DNA of 64,000 bases from Bugula neritina (Eukaryota; Animalia; Bryozoa): positions 9,228,722 through 9,292,721 of the forward strand of contig OZ037766.1 of NCBI GenBank assembly GCA_964035545.1, read 5' to 3'. Positions 14,951 to 28,000 of this stretch are shown piece by piece; position 1 is the first letter of the stretch; every line of letters starts with the position of its first letter. The notes under the pieces were generated by a model. The model worked only from the letters and a program-made list of their open reading frames with translations. It had not been told where the DNA came from and did not search any database. A program made the position numbers and the translations under genes.

Positions 14951-17900
14951 AATACAGTAATCACCAAAATAAAACACTGCAGTGACCACTTCGCAGCTAT
15001 TCCTTCCTACAAGAAAATGAATGTAAACCAAAGCAAAATCTTGCAAACTGTGCACAGACTAGATACACAGTTAGAAGACACTCTAGATATTACATGATGT
15101 ACTATATTTCAACTCATGGATTTGCTTTACCAACACTTTCCTCCCATAGTTAGACCAGAGTCTGGTAGAAAAAGAACATGACATGATGATGAGAAAGTTT
15201 ATGACAATAATACTTATATTAGCCTATCTAGTAGATATCCATGTTTATGTAAACCTAAACCAACTATCTACTGCACTGAAGAAAATGAAAGAAGAACTGG
15301 TCAGAAGTGCACGACTGTGACATTTTCACCTTAAAAACCACTCTTAAAATTAACACCTATGAGGAGCTAAAACTATGGCATGCTGACAGAAGATGGTAGA
15401 GAACCATTGAAACATGTGACTATAACTGATCAAAGAATCACTAAAAATTTCGAAGACATAAATCAAATCAACTTCCTATATATAAGCAGAGTAAAACAAA
15501 TCCAATATCATCGGCAACAAGAAACCAACTCGAAGAAAGCTATAATAGCAGACAAGAACTCAAAGGTGCTTCATTTCACATACCTCCCTAGTGTTCTGTA
15601 CACTTACCTGCCTTTCCTTTAACTACTGGTACAGATTTCCTATACACAGCACAGCATATGCAGCTACTCACTAACAGTATTGACTAGATAATCAAATCAA
15701 TAAACTGAGGAGAGCTCCTACAACTTTATACTATCTAGTGCTAATCTTATTAGTAGCTTCTGCAATTAAAACTGTTGGATGCTGTATCCACTATCCGTCA
15801 AACAACTAAACAAATCTTTATAAAACTTTCAAGTAGCTTACTTCTTCAGATGATCTATTTGTAACTATTCCAGTAGTGAATAGCTATGAACTATATCGAT
15901 CAATGGACTACACTGCTATGTAGAATGTACCAATATAAATAGGCATAGAGAAGAGTTAAGTGATTGCCGAGGAGCAGATTCAAGAGTATAAGTAAAATAC
16001 AAGTAAAATATTGGCCTATCAAACTGCAGCAGCCTAATATCAAGCAAAAGGCTGGGCATAGCTTCACCAGTTAGAAGGGATAACTATTAGGTATGTTAAT
16101 GAACAAGTATTGGCAACACAAGATAAATCAAAATTTCAAGCAACAATGCAAAAGAAACAGATGACCTCTGAACCTCCCAACTGTGCAGCACTATTTGAAA
16201 CTGGCTACCCGTACCATCATTAAATTTTCTCTACAGACTTGCTGGAACTGCTACACATTTAGTAATTCAGCTGAATTCTTCTGTTAGGTTCTCTAAATTT
16301 AGTTAATTTTTATATCTATGCTATTAGGTATTATATTTCATTAAATCCATAATTACTATCAGCACTGGTTTCAATAAATTTTCATCAACAAGCATTATTG
16401 GGCTCATATCAACTTAGGTTTAGGATGCTGCTACACAAAACTTCAACTATCAAGAAAATTAAGGAAAACTGCATGTAAACTGCACAATATAATTAATTAT
16501 ATTAATTACTTGACCATTACAGATTTACAGGTGAATCACTTACAAGTAAAAGAGAAACTATCAAGATTGGCAAATTGATAAACACCAGTATGCAGTATGA
16601 AACTAATGCATAAGAGTTGATTGAGTGTTAAAACAAAATCTCAGCTTTATGCAGACAGATAATACTGTGTCGTGCTTCAGGGAATTATATATGGGTTTGA
16701 GAATAATAAAAAATGACATGCTGTTTGCTTTATGAACTCCACAGGGTAGGGAATAGAAGCTAGCTAGAGCTATATGATATGAAGGTGGGTTAGAGGCTAC
16801 TAGAGCCAACAACAGCTTGTTAAAACCTCTTGTACCATCCTTACATTATTATAACGCTTTAAGATTATAAGACTTTACCTATTGATTCTAGATACACCGT
16901 AAAAGTGTATTTTGCAATGAAGACAAGGGCAAAGAATGTATTCTAGAAATAACATTAAGCCGTAAAATGTGAATTTCATTTGTTATTTATTTAAAATATT
17001 ATAAGACTTTCTCAGACGCTAAATATATTTAACAAGTCTCATGCTTTTCACTTATGTAAAAAAGTGTTAGGAAGCCGAAAACCTTACTTACAATACACAG
17101 CTAGTTCAATAAGGTATATGTGTACATAATAATTATAATAAACGTAGCTTCTATTTTATAAACCTATGTGTAAACGTAGACTAAGAAATATCTACGCAAA
17201 TATGTGAAAATACTTTTACGTACTACTGTAAAGGAACTAATTTTCATCTGTATTGCTTTCTGAGAGCTCCATGAAAAAAATATGAAAACATTCCTATGGG
17301 TTATAAATAAGAATAAATTATTATGCAATGCTGATATCACATAACAAGACATGTGCCTGAAACGATGATTTCGTCACTACAGCCATATGCTGTTACACTA
17401 AAGAGCTGCCACTATTTGTGAATTTCAAAGGTAAAAATTACACGTGGCAACCTGGATAAAACATGGATAGAACTGCTTTTGATCTTAAAGATGTAGCCAA
17501 GAATCTCCATCTATTTTGATTGCTAGTTGCGTTAATGGAAAGTGCAGGCCTACTGCATATAGTTAGTAGAGTGTTTCCCTACCCTAGCATGCTGAACATC
17601 AATCGACAGTTTTCACCTCACATAACATAATGTTAGATAGGAGCATCCTTTAACTTCAGTTGTTTTTGCTAGTTGCAAATAATTAGTTTAATGAACTATA
17701 ACTGACTCTGCCAACAAGCTTGATGATTAACTTCCTGTCAATTGTAAAAGGCTACTTTGCTAGACTCACCAATAGATAAGAGCAGCAACAAAGAATTACC
17801 TCCAGCAAAAAGGCAACAATCTGAATTTTTAGATCAGCAAATTATCTACCAGGGACTAGAACGTATATTTCTGTTTATTCCTATAAATGCTTAGCCTAAT

Positions 17901-20900
17901 TTCTTTTTATAAATGTTATTTTTTAGCTTCTCTCCACAATATTTGGGTACAAAATGCTAACCAGCTCAAGTTTGAAACATCCATTATTAGGTAACTTTGT
18001 GACCCATGATTGAAGGATAGTTGTGAGTCTAATATTTTACTAGATATGTTTAGGGTATAACACAAAATTATTTTCACTTTTACTGCCAAAGAAAGAGGCA
18101 AAAATAGTTGTTTTCAAATGAATCCTTAACAGTAAATAATACTTGAACTGTGGTGACTAGCTTTGTCAAATTTTAGGTAAAAGTCAATTGCCAATCAGAC
18201 CAAATGACCGTGACAGAATGAAGAGCTACAAAAACCACCATTAGAACTTAAAATTGTAAGCAACTAAAAATTAGACGAAAAAATATATTCATGTTGCTGT
18301 AAAGGTATACTTGTATGCATATAAATGATTCAGGTAACAAGATTGAGCAGTCAAAGTTTCTCTATAAGCTTGGGCAGCTAATTTACTATGTGTCTCTTGG
18401 TTCAGATTGCAAAATTTCAAAAACTGAAACTGAGTGTTGGAATACCATACTTTTATAACCGGGAATACTATTAGGACCCTTACAGTTGTAGCAGGCAATT
18501 TTAAATCTTAAGAAAATACTGAGCTTGAATTGAATTAATCATGGTTACAACTTTTTGGCATACTAAAATTTCTACTAGAAACTGTGGCAAATTAGTCATA
18601 GTAGCCGTAACTACAATACAGTGAACAAGGTGAACTAAATCTTATATCTTATACATTAAAATTAATTTAACATACATACATCCCTGCTTGATATAAATAG
18701 GCAAAGTATTAATATAAATGGAAATAGTTTGCACAGCTTGCAATGCAGTATATATTACAGTAGATGAAACATTTAAAAGTGGTAATAGGAGACCAATTAA
18801 CCTCATTTGACTCTTTTGCATGTTTACAGACTTACAGCTCATGCTTACCAATTGAAATCAAATAGGATTGCACTACCAGAGAGAATATGTAAAGATCAAT
18901 CAGCTTATAAATATCCCATAGTTGTATGGCATTATATCAACAGCAAATGTTAGGTAATTAAATAACAAGAGAAAACAGAACATAGGCTGGCACCTTGTAT
19001 GTGATATTAGTGATTGAAGATATCAACTAGTAGCTAATATAATTAATTTGTGAGTAGAGTGATAACATATCCTAGAAATATATTGAATAGAATGGAGTTG
19101 GTCAGACTTTTTATAATATGAGCCTGTCATAGCAAATCACTCATCTAAACTTACATAACCGTTGGAAAATGGCAAAAACAGCTACATTTACTGGTTAAGT
19201 TGTCCTAAAACATGATACACATCAATTGTAAATGCAATTGAGCTAATTGTTAGTTGAATCACAATTCGAAATAAAAATAAAACCAGCGAGAAGTCTCAGC
19301 ACCATTTTCCAATGATTGCACAAAATTTCCACCCAACATTTAACATTACAACTAAGGATAGATATTGAAAATGTACAAAGAAGTGTGCAGACACTGCAGA
19401 CATCAGAATAGGACAAGACAACTCCAAATTATTTTATCTATGATTAGCCATACAAGCTATGTACAGCAGAACATGGTAAGGTGGACAATTCCAATTCATA
19501 TAAATATGTGCAAGTACAATAGAAGAGATACTTTAGCAATTATGATACAAATATACTTTCTCTAGTAAATTATCATGCACATCATTAGCCATTTCAGCAA
19601 TAAATTGTAGTAATTTTAAAAACATACCTCAAGACGAATGGTCAAGTCTTGAAAACATCCCAATGGTCTAAAATGAATGGAATTTGACTGAAAAGGGTGA
19701 ATATGAGGGAATAATTAGGCAATAATCAAATTGCATTATATAGCACTTGGCGTAGTGACTAAGTAATTAATAACTAATAACTGGATGTGGGAAATCACTC
19801 ACCTGAATTGATTTCTTTGACAGAGTTAAGGCAGTTCATAATCCTTATTATATGGTGTGATTATTATAAGCTGTGAGGAAGGAATCATTAAATTAAACTG
19901 ATTTGGGAGCAGCCGGATATTCAGATTATTAGTTGCAAAAGACAGCGATATATGTTATATAACTGAAAGCAAATGAGTGTGCTTTTGCGCTGCTAAAATA
20001 CCGATTTTTGGTTTTCAAACTCTGTCATCATTTTTAATATTACAGAAATTGAATAATAAGTTCTCATGGCTAAACTCTACAGTTTTGCAATAATAAACAG
20101 TAATGTTAATGGAACCTTTTTATTTTCAGCTGCATATACATTGTTTTTGAAAAAAGAAAACAACTCTAAATAATAGATAATGTATATTCTGGCAAGCAGC
20201 TTTATAGAAAGATAGGCACTGGAAACAAATTTTGTCTTTTTTTGTCGATGTAGATGACTAAAAATTTTTATAGCTTTAGTAGTATAGCCATTGTCAAAAT
20301 GTTCAGCTGGTTTCTTATAGTTTTGTAAACATAAGGCAGTGCCTTTGATATAAGCATTATAAAAATTGCTGAAACACCTTAAAAGAGAACCCACTTTATT
20401 AACAATTTATACACATTGAACAGCATATGCTAATTGTGGAGCCAACTAATTTATTGGGACAACTTAAATAGTTTCAGAAAAATTCATATTACTTTGAAAC
20501 AGGGGGCACTTCATGACACACAAAAAACAAATGGTTTGTGCAGAATTTTGACACTATGGCATTAGTGCAACATTTTCCCTACCAAAATGTTTATTGCTAA
20601 TGAACAGCCCCGCTACATTTTTATATCTGTTTTTACTTCAACTTGTTACAAAACTTAATACAATTTTGGGAGTAAAAATCAATGAAATCTGTTGTCTGTC
20701 GTTGCATATCAATTGTAAAACTTTAAGTTTTCAAGAAAATTCACAAATACTCAAAGGTAAAAAAAATTTATTTGTAAAATGCATTAAAATATTATAAAAC
20801 CATTGATCATGGAGGTTAGGGTACGAGATACTATTCTAATAAAAGAGAACTAACTTTTTGCTAAAAAAGAAAACTAGTCTTAACATTGTTAAATTGTTCA

Positions 20901-22019
20901 AATGCAAATTTGCAGATGAATATGGAAATGACAGCAAAACACGTACTTTTGATGACAGACCAGTTAACTCTGTGGCTGCATTTTAATGTATATACTGTGT
21001 CCATAAGATCCAACATGGTACAACATGGTACTTTGAATAAATTTCATTGAATAACCTTATTAACATGTTGAATAACATGCAACAGAGGGCTAAACTTCAG
21101 AAGTGGTTTCTTGATTTCTAATTGGAATTGAAGCATAAAAAGCATAACTTAAAGTATCACATTAAAACAGGAAAATGGGAGGTTCAAATTGGCAGACTAA
21201 ACAAAAAACTCTTAATGTTTTCATAGTAAGTCACAAGGAAAGCTATAAATTTTTCACCCAGATATGAACTGCCTAAATACTATTTGTTACTCACAGACAG
21301 CTATATATGAACATATATATAAGTCAAAAACTCAGAAAAGGCTTATTTGTTGGGATAAAAAGTTAATGACTTGATGCAGCATCACTTTTCCCCATTACAA
21401 GTATTCCAAGCTATAAACTTTAAAGCATTAATGCCAATTGATTGTTGCAAGCAAGTTCAATCAGTGCAAATACTACCCCCAATTAAAACTTTTTACAAAC
21501 TACAACAGTTTACAACCTTATGGTGCAGTCTTTATGATTAGCAAACATAAATTAGATCTGATAATTTCAGTTTAAAAATTACATCTTGGTGATCACTTAT
21601 AAAAAACTAGTAAATCATAGTAATAGACTGTTGTTTTCGTATGTTAGCAAAAACTCAAGCGATTATTTTGTATTTAATTGCAAAAGTAGAATATAACCAA
21701 ATCATATCAAGTATAATGTCTGATTAATAATACTAATTAATCAATTTGAAGGGTGGCCTAAAGCAAACACCTTGATGTACTGTTGAAAGAAAACAGCAAT
21801 AACAGCTGCTGTAGTAAAGCCACCATTTTTAATGACACTATCAGTTTTACTTTAGGCTCTATGAGTAACTTCTGGATCATGATTATTAATAAATTTGATA
21901 TTATAAAACTCTACAATTAGCATAGTATTATTATTTGTAATACTAAGCATTAGAAATAAGAGCCTGGGTGCAAGACTAAATCCAGGGGCAAGTAGTGGTG
22001 AGTAGAAAAATTTAATTTG

Positions 22020-23030
22020 AATAAAATATCAATAATAAAAATAACTAATATTATTAATAATATGTCATCACAGTTAAACTTAATACTTATAATATCAACA
22101 TGAATATGAAAATAAATATCAAAATTGCTATTAGTATTAGTATCAAAATAAATTTAACTACAGTTACTAATAGTAATACCAATATGATTAAGATTTAGAT
22201 TCTTAATATGATTTTCAATATCGTTATGAATATAATTCAAATTGAATAGCTAAACTATTTAGTATTCAACTTCTAACAACAATTAAAACACCGTTTAAGT
22301 TTAAAACCAAAATTACAATAATTCATTTTAACTTCAAGTAACCATCATTATCACGGCATCAGCATGGCATCACTTATTATATAGTGATTATCAACATCAA
22401 AATAAAAATGAATATCAATTTACCATAACCCTGTCCATTGTGAAAGACAAAGGACATTCACATTCAGTTAGACTTTGAGTTTCACATTGCTGTTGCATGA
22501 TGATGATTGCATTTGCTGTGATTGCAAAGCTCAAGCTGAGCCTGATGGTAACACTAACAGTAACAGTAAGTGCAATACTAACAGTAACACTGTCACCAAC
22601 AGTAACACTAACAGTAAGACTAAGTGCAACACTAGCGGCAAGTAAGTAACAAGATGACTAATCACCAAGACTAAGAGTAAGTTTAACAGTAACAGACAAC
22701 AGTAGGCGTAGCACAAGCTGAAGCTGCAAATTTAAACTATTGCATCATAGTCACTATGAGTATGACTATCGAATCATTATGATTATCATAATTCATACAA
22801 ATACAATTACAAATACATGCATTATGATTATGTTATTATAGTTTATAATTTATTAATAATTATTATTTCATCAAATTCAATTCACGTATTACTGTTAGTA
22901 TAAGTATTACTATTACTATTACTATTAGTATTACTATTAGTATTACTATAACTATTAGACTTATCACTTAGTATTAGATTTAGTATAAACTATAGTCAGA
23001 GGTTGAACTTTATGTCAACAAATATAAACT
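22020..23030. repeat. Degenerate 6-bp-periodic (drifting hexamer) tract
   Basis: Reads as successive hexamers differing by 1-2 nt, e.g. aatatc aacatg aatatg aaaata aatatc; aacact aacagt aacagt; tattac tattac tattag. Confidence 0.8.
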
Positions 23031-23357
23031 AACTGCCATTTTACGTAAATATCTACATCTATACCCACTATGACTTAAAGCTGATAACTTCGTTTTCAAC
23101 TTGAAGTTTTTAAGTATATCATAATATTATTGATATTCATATTGAATAATATTCATATTGCAGTGTTGCCATAAAACCGGATATGAAGCAAAATAGTAAA
23201 AATCGAATGTGTTTGGTGGAAACGCCGAAGAGTGGCATTTATAGCGATTACTTTTTCATGGGGAGAAAACCCTATAACCATTAATAAAATAATAAGACTT
23301 GTGAATTTGTAGTTGTCGCCACGGCATTGCGTTCGAGCATAATTCAGCAAGCTAGCA

Positions 23358-23376
23358 AGTTGCCCAGTGGGCAACT
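23358..23376. promoter_or_regulatory. RFX X-box-like palindrome AGTTGCCCA-G-TGGGCAACT
   Basis: Perfect 9-bp inverted repeat containing GTTGCC/GGCAAC half-sites, within a CpG-containing island. A second X-box-like GTTGCCATAAAAC lies at 23165-23177. The spacer is longer than in a canonical X-box. Confidence 0.4.
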
Positions 23377-23989
23377 CTTAATACCAGACATTATGTTGTT
23401 GCTGCATCAATGTACAGGCACCTGGGCATGGTATATTGGTAATATGGTATAAAAAGTTAATAAGCTAATGATGAATGATATAATGCAATACTAATAGGAA
23501 TAAAGAATATCTGCTCACACTAAATACACAGAGTTCAATTTTATCCATTTTAAGTGATACTCAACAGTGATATATTTAACTGTTTACCATTTCTAACCTA
23601 TCTATAAAATTATTTTGCAATAAAGGGAAACTTGTTAATTAGTTATAATCAAGAAACAAGTAGGATTTGGTAAAGGTGGAGCAAAAATTTAGAGACTATT
23701 GAGGCAAGTAAACTTCCAGTTAGATGCAATAATGGAGATTTTTGAAGACACATTTCCATTAAATTGAAATGGCATTTTGTTGAAAGGTTTTACACATATT
23801 AATATACCAACATTTGCAAATATGTAGAAAAATATTGATACAACTGTTAAGCAATGGCTGAAGAGTGCTTCAGATTTTTTGCATAGTGCATTGTAATATC
23901 TCCATTACTGCACCTAGTTCTACATTTAAATTTCATTGCAGTTTAAACAGTAAAACACTTAACTTCCTTCATCAAATTTAATGTGTGTA

Positions 23990-24170
23990 CAATCACGTGG
24001 CCCTTCATTCTGGCCCACTTCTGAACTTGGCCTTCATGCAAAGAAGTTGTCTACCCCTGCTCTATGGCGTTCAAATTACTTCGGTTTGAGAAATAGCTAC
24101 CCTGACAGTACGTAGAAGTGAAACTGAACGCGGCGCAGGCGGCAAACGGGACAGCCAAAATTGTTTATTT
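23990..24170 (+). promoter_or_regulatory. Probable POLDIP3 promoter region (CpG cluster, E-box CACGTG)
   Basis: CpG-rich stretch AACGCGGCGCAGGCGGCAAACGGG and TCACGTGG ~1 kb upstream of the POLDIP3 ATG in otherwise CpG-poor DNA. Confidence 0.45.
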
Positions 24171-24289
24171 GATGTTGATAAATTAAATTATTTAGTCTTA
24201 GACTTAAGTAATTATTAAATAATGTCTTTTAGCAGTTTCAAATTGGATAAAATCATGATGATGACTATTGAAGCAAGATTTACGTAAAA

Positions 24290-24685
24290 CTTAATTTACT
24301 TTTAGTTTTAGATTAAGTTTTACTTTTACTGTTTTACTTATACTTATAGTTATAGTTATACTTATAGTTAATGTTATACTTATACTCATACTGAGTTAAT
24401 CAGTTATAGTTATAGTTAATGTTATAGTTTTAGTTTATGAATTACAAATTACTATTAGTATTACTATTACTTAATAATAATTATCATAATTTAGATTATT
24501 ATAATCATAATTTAAATTGGAATCATTATTATAAAAGTTTAATAGTTATAGTTATAAACTTGAAGAAAAAGTGATAATCATAATCGTAATGTTGATGTAG
24601 CAGTCATATTAATACTAATGGCATATTAATATATGAATTTCATCATTGTGATTATAATTTTTAATAATAATATTAATATTAGAGT
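24290..24685. repeat. Degenerate 6-bp-periodic tract
   Basis: cttata cttata gttata gttata cttata gttaat gttata cttata ctcata ... actatt agtatt actatt. Confidence 0.8.
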
Positions 24686-25009
24686 CCTACCAGCTAGGTA
24701 ACAAGTCAAACCAAGTCAACTGAAGTCATGGAATCATTTGCTCAAGTCAACATTAACATATAATAGACTCATGACTCTATGAGTCAAATAATTTACATTT
24801 CCTTCTAGTCATACTCTCTTGTTGCAATAAGATTATCCTAAACAAATTCTAAAATAGCTACTGTATGCAGTTTAGTGATATGTATTAATAAGTGCTTGCA
24901 CTATAGACTCTGTATCAGTATGTGATATTTAGTAAACTTAAGCCTGTCATTATGTTTTATTGATTCTCTAATCTCATTTTTCTTATAATACTAGAACCTT
25001 TGCAGATCC

Positions 25010-28000
25010 ATGGAGGATGTTAGAAATAAATTGGTTCAGTCTCGAAGGATTAAAGGTGATGCAAGAAGTGTCATTCGCCAGCATGTTGTTGAGAAATTTG
25101 GTGATTTAAGGGCTAGGCTAAAGCCAAAAAATGTTGTCATACATGGCAGTCAAAAATATCTAGGAAATCAAAGGTAATCTACAATCATATTTTGCAAATA
25201 AATGATCTTGCTGCTTAGATGAAACATTGGCACATTTGCGCAAACCTGCAGCAAAGAGAAAAAATATGTCCATGACTTTATTGCTGAACTTTTTAATCAC
25301 TACGTCTGACCGCTGCTCCTTGCTAAGTAAATACAATAACGAAATTATTGATTTCCTGATAGCTGAGAAGAGAGAATTCATTTTTCAATTGGATATTTCT
25401 TATTGAGCTGGGGTAGTGATAATTATGCAGTGGCGTGTAGTAAATTGGCTGTTTGGAAATGAAAATTTATTTTAATGGTATTAATTGATATTATGATTAC
25501 GCAAGGGAATAATAGACTAGAATATGAAGTTAAAAGCGAAGACATTGTGTTTTATCATTTGAAGTTTTATTGCCATAATATTTTTGCTATCACTAGAAAT
25601 CTTGATATCATGTGAGTCTAATCTAGATGATGCTTAGCATAATGTAAATGTATATTTTTCAATGTAAGAAGATAAAAAATTAGGTTTGCTTTCCTATAAC
25701 GAAGTTTTTTTTAAAAATCTATAAGCAAAAGGCTTTCAATATTTTTTTTATCCAATTAAATGTTAACTTGCTGGGAAGGAACAAATGAGTTTTAATTTAA
25801 GCTGAAATTGTAACCCGTGGTAATTCAAATTAGTAAGAGTTTTGATTTTAATTAATGTGATGACAATAGAGTTGTTCATTTAAGATTGGTTTAAAAATTA
25901 GTTTAGTTATTTATTAAAGTTTATAAAAATGATATAAAAGTGATTCTGGACACAATTTAAATTGTTTTTCGTTGTATGCATCCAATTACACCTTGCAGTA
26001 GTCTTTTCACTATATGGCTCTAATCCTGGAAAGAGACATGTGTGTGTATAATATATATAGCTATGGCATAGCACATCTATGAATTTATTATTCAGTTTAA
26101 CCAAAACATTTCATTGCATTGTAACAATGATTGTTGTGCACTGGCTTTACTAATGGCTAACTGTGTAATCAATCTACTTCATTTATAAGTTTACAATATA
26201 TATATATGATGAGTTTAAAATTTTATTGTTTTACCTGAGAGTGTCCTTTTCTTCTTATTCCAAATTTTAAACCTATAATTAGTAGAGATTTAAATAAATA
26301 TTTTTTGTTTGCATTTAAAGCAGTTGCTTTTTGCATTTTCTTTCTCAGTGTAAATGATTGATTGTTTCTTTGTCCCGTAACATCATCACCTCAAGGTTTT
26401 GCCTCTGGTTTTAGATTAAATCAGGGTGGTTTTAATCGAAATGCAAAACCAAAGCTGGTTTATGCCGAGGATATAAGCAACAAAAAAGTACACAAGAAAG
26501 CTAAAAACCATCAGGTAAATTCCTAAACACTAGTTTGTCATTGTTCTGTTTTTTTTCAACTGCCAACTTTGCCTGATAAGCATGACAAATGTTGCTGCTG
26601 TAGTGTAAAGCTTCTGCTTATGGGTTTTTCATTACCTTTTGTCTTATATATAGAAAGCATCTAACGGAAGTGTTACTGTTACCGTCTCGAGACATAGAAA
26701 TGAGTTCATGGAAGATAATGTTCAACCTACTGGTATACCTGCTCACATGAGACGGCAGCCTTCGCCACCACCACCGCGCAATGTCAGCACTGCGAGCCCC
26801 TTGCCAAGTCGACCAACTAAATCAGTTTTCAATAGACAAAACTCTGAGGATTTCTTTCGTGGGCGACCTCACCAGGAGTTACCTGCTTCGGAATACCATG
26901 AAAGGTCTCTGACACCACCAATCAGAAGATCTCATAGCTATAAATTATCCCCTTTCAAGAGGCCCGCAGCATCCCCTATACCATCCGACTACAACTGGGC
27001 TCCACCTAAATCATTGAGATACAATGACTATCATGATAATGAAAGGCTTCAATCTGGGAATTGGAGCAGGAGACCAGAGTTGACCATGGCTGACTTAGAA
27101 GAAGAATATAGAGGACACAACTGGGAAAGGGAGCGATCACCGCTAGACAACAGATACAGACAATCTCCACCTACTATGTACTCAAGGTTAAAATATATTC
27201 TGTTTTGACAAGCACACACACAGTTTATAATTGTAAATTGTAAAGATGCTTTGGACTCTTTTGACGAGCACTACTAGTTTAGTTTCAGAAAAAAATAAGG
27301 TTGTTTTTTGCATATTATTATCATTTAGACTAAACAGTTGGTCAATAATGAACCTGATTTTTAAGCTAAGAAATTAAGAGCATCACATTTTACACTGTGA
27401 TTGATATACCTGAACTTCTATGAAATGTATTGATATGGCTATAGAGTTTTAGCACCGACTTATAAGCCTCCAACTGTATTCAACTGCACTACATTGCAGA
27501 ATGAATTACCCAGTTGATGAAAGGTATCCGTTCCTCTCAGGAAGTTACTCATCAACTCATCCCTCTAATCTACGGATGGATAGAATGGACAGGACTCGAA
27601 GCTCTGCGCCCAACTACAGACCAGACTTGAGGGAAGTGAGTTTGTACTCGTATATCACAGAGATTTAATGTGCCACCAAATAGTAATGCTGCGAAACCTA
27701 ATGGTAATATTATTAAGTTGTTGTATTTTTGTATCAACGGTCATGCTGGATATTTTATATTCCATGTTTCTGTAGGGAGCTACAGATACAGCTAGAAGGT
27801 ATAGACTTCCGTCTCCCGAAGACAAGCCTATGGGTAGCCTGGTAGGGGAACCACCCTCCTACACTGTCAGGGTAACCAACCTCTCTACAGAGGTTTCCGA
27901 AGAGGACGTTGTTGTATGTACCTTTTCATTCTTCTATTTTTTTTAGAAAGCAGTAACAATTTGAAAAAAGAAGTCTATTAAAACCTGTAGAAGTGAGATT

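Noticed and set aside
22531-22716. Hydrophobic ORFs (also 34895-35155, 36524-36745, 40879-41115)
   Set aside because: Translation artefacts of the 3/6-bp periodic tracts; no coherent gene structure.
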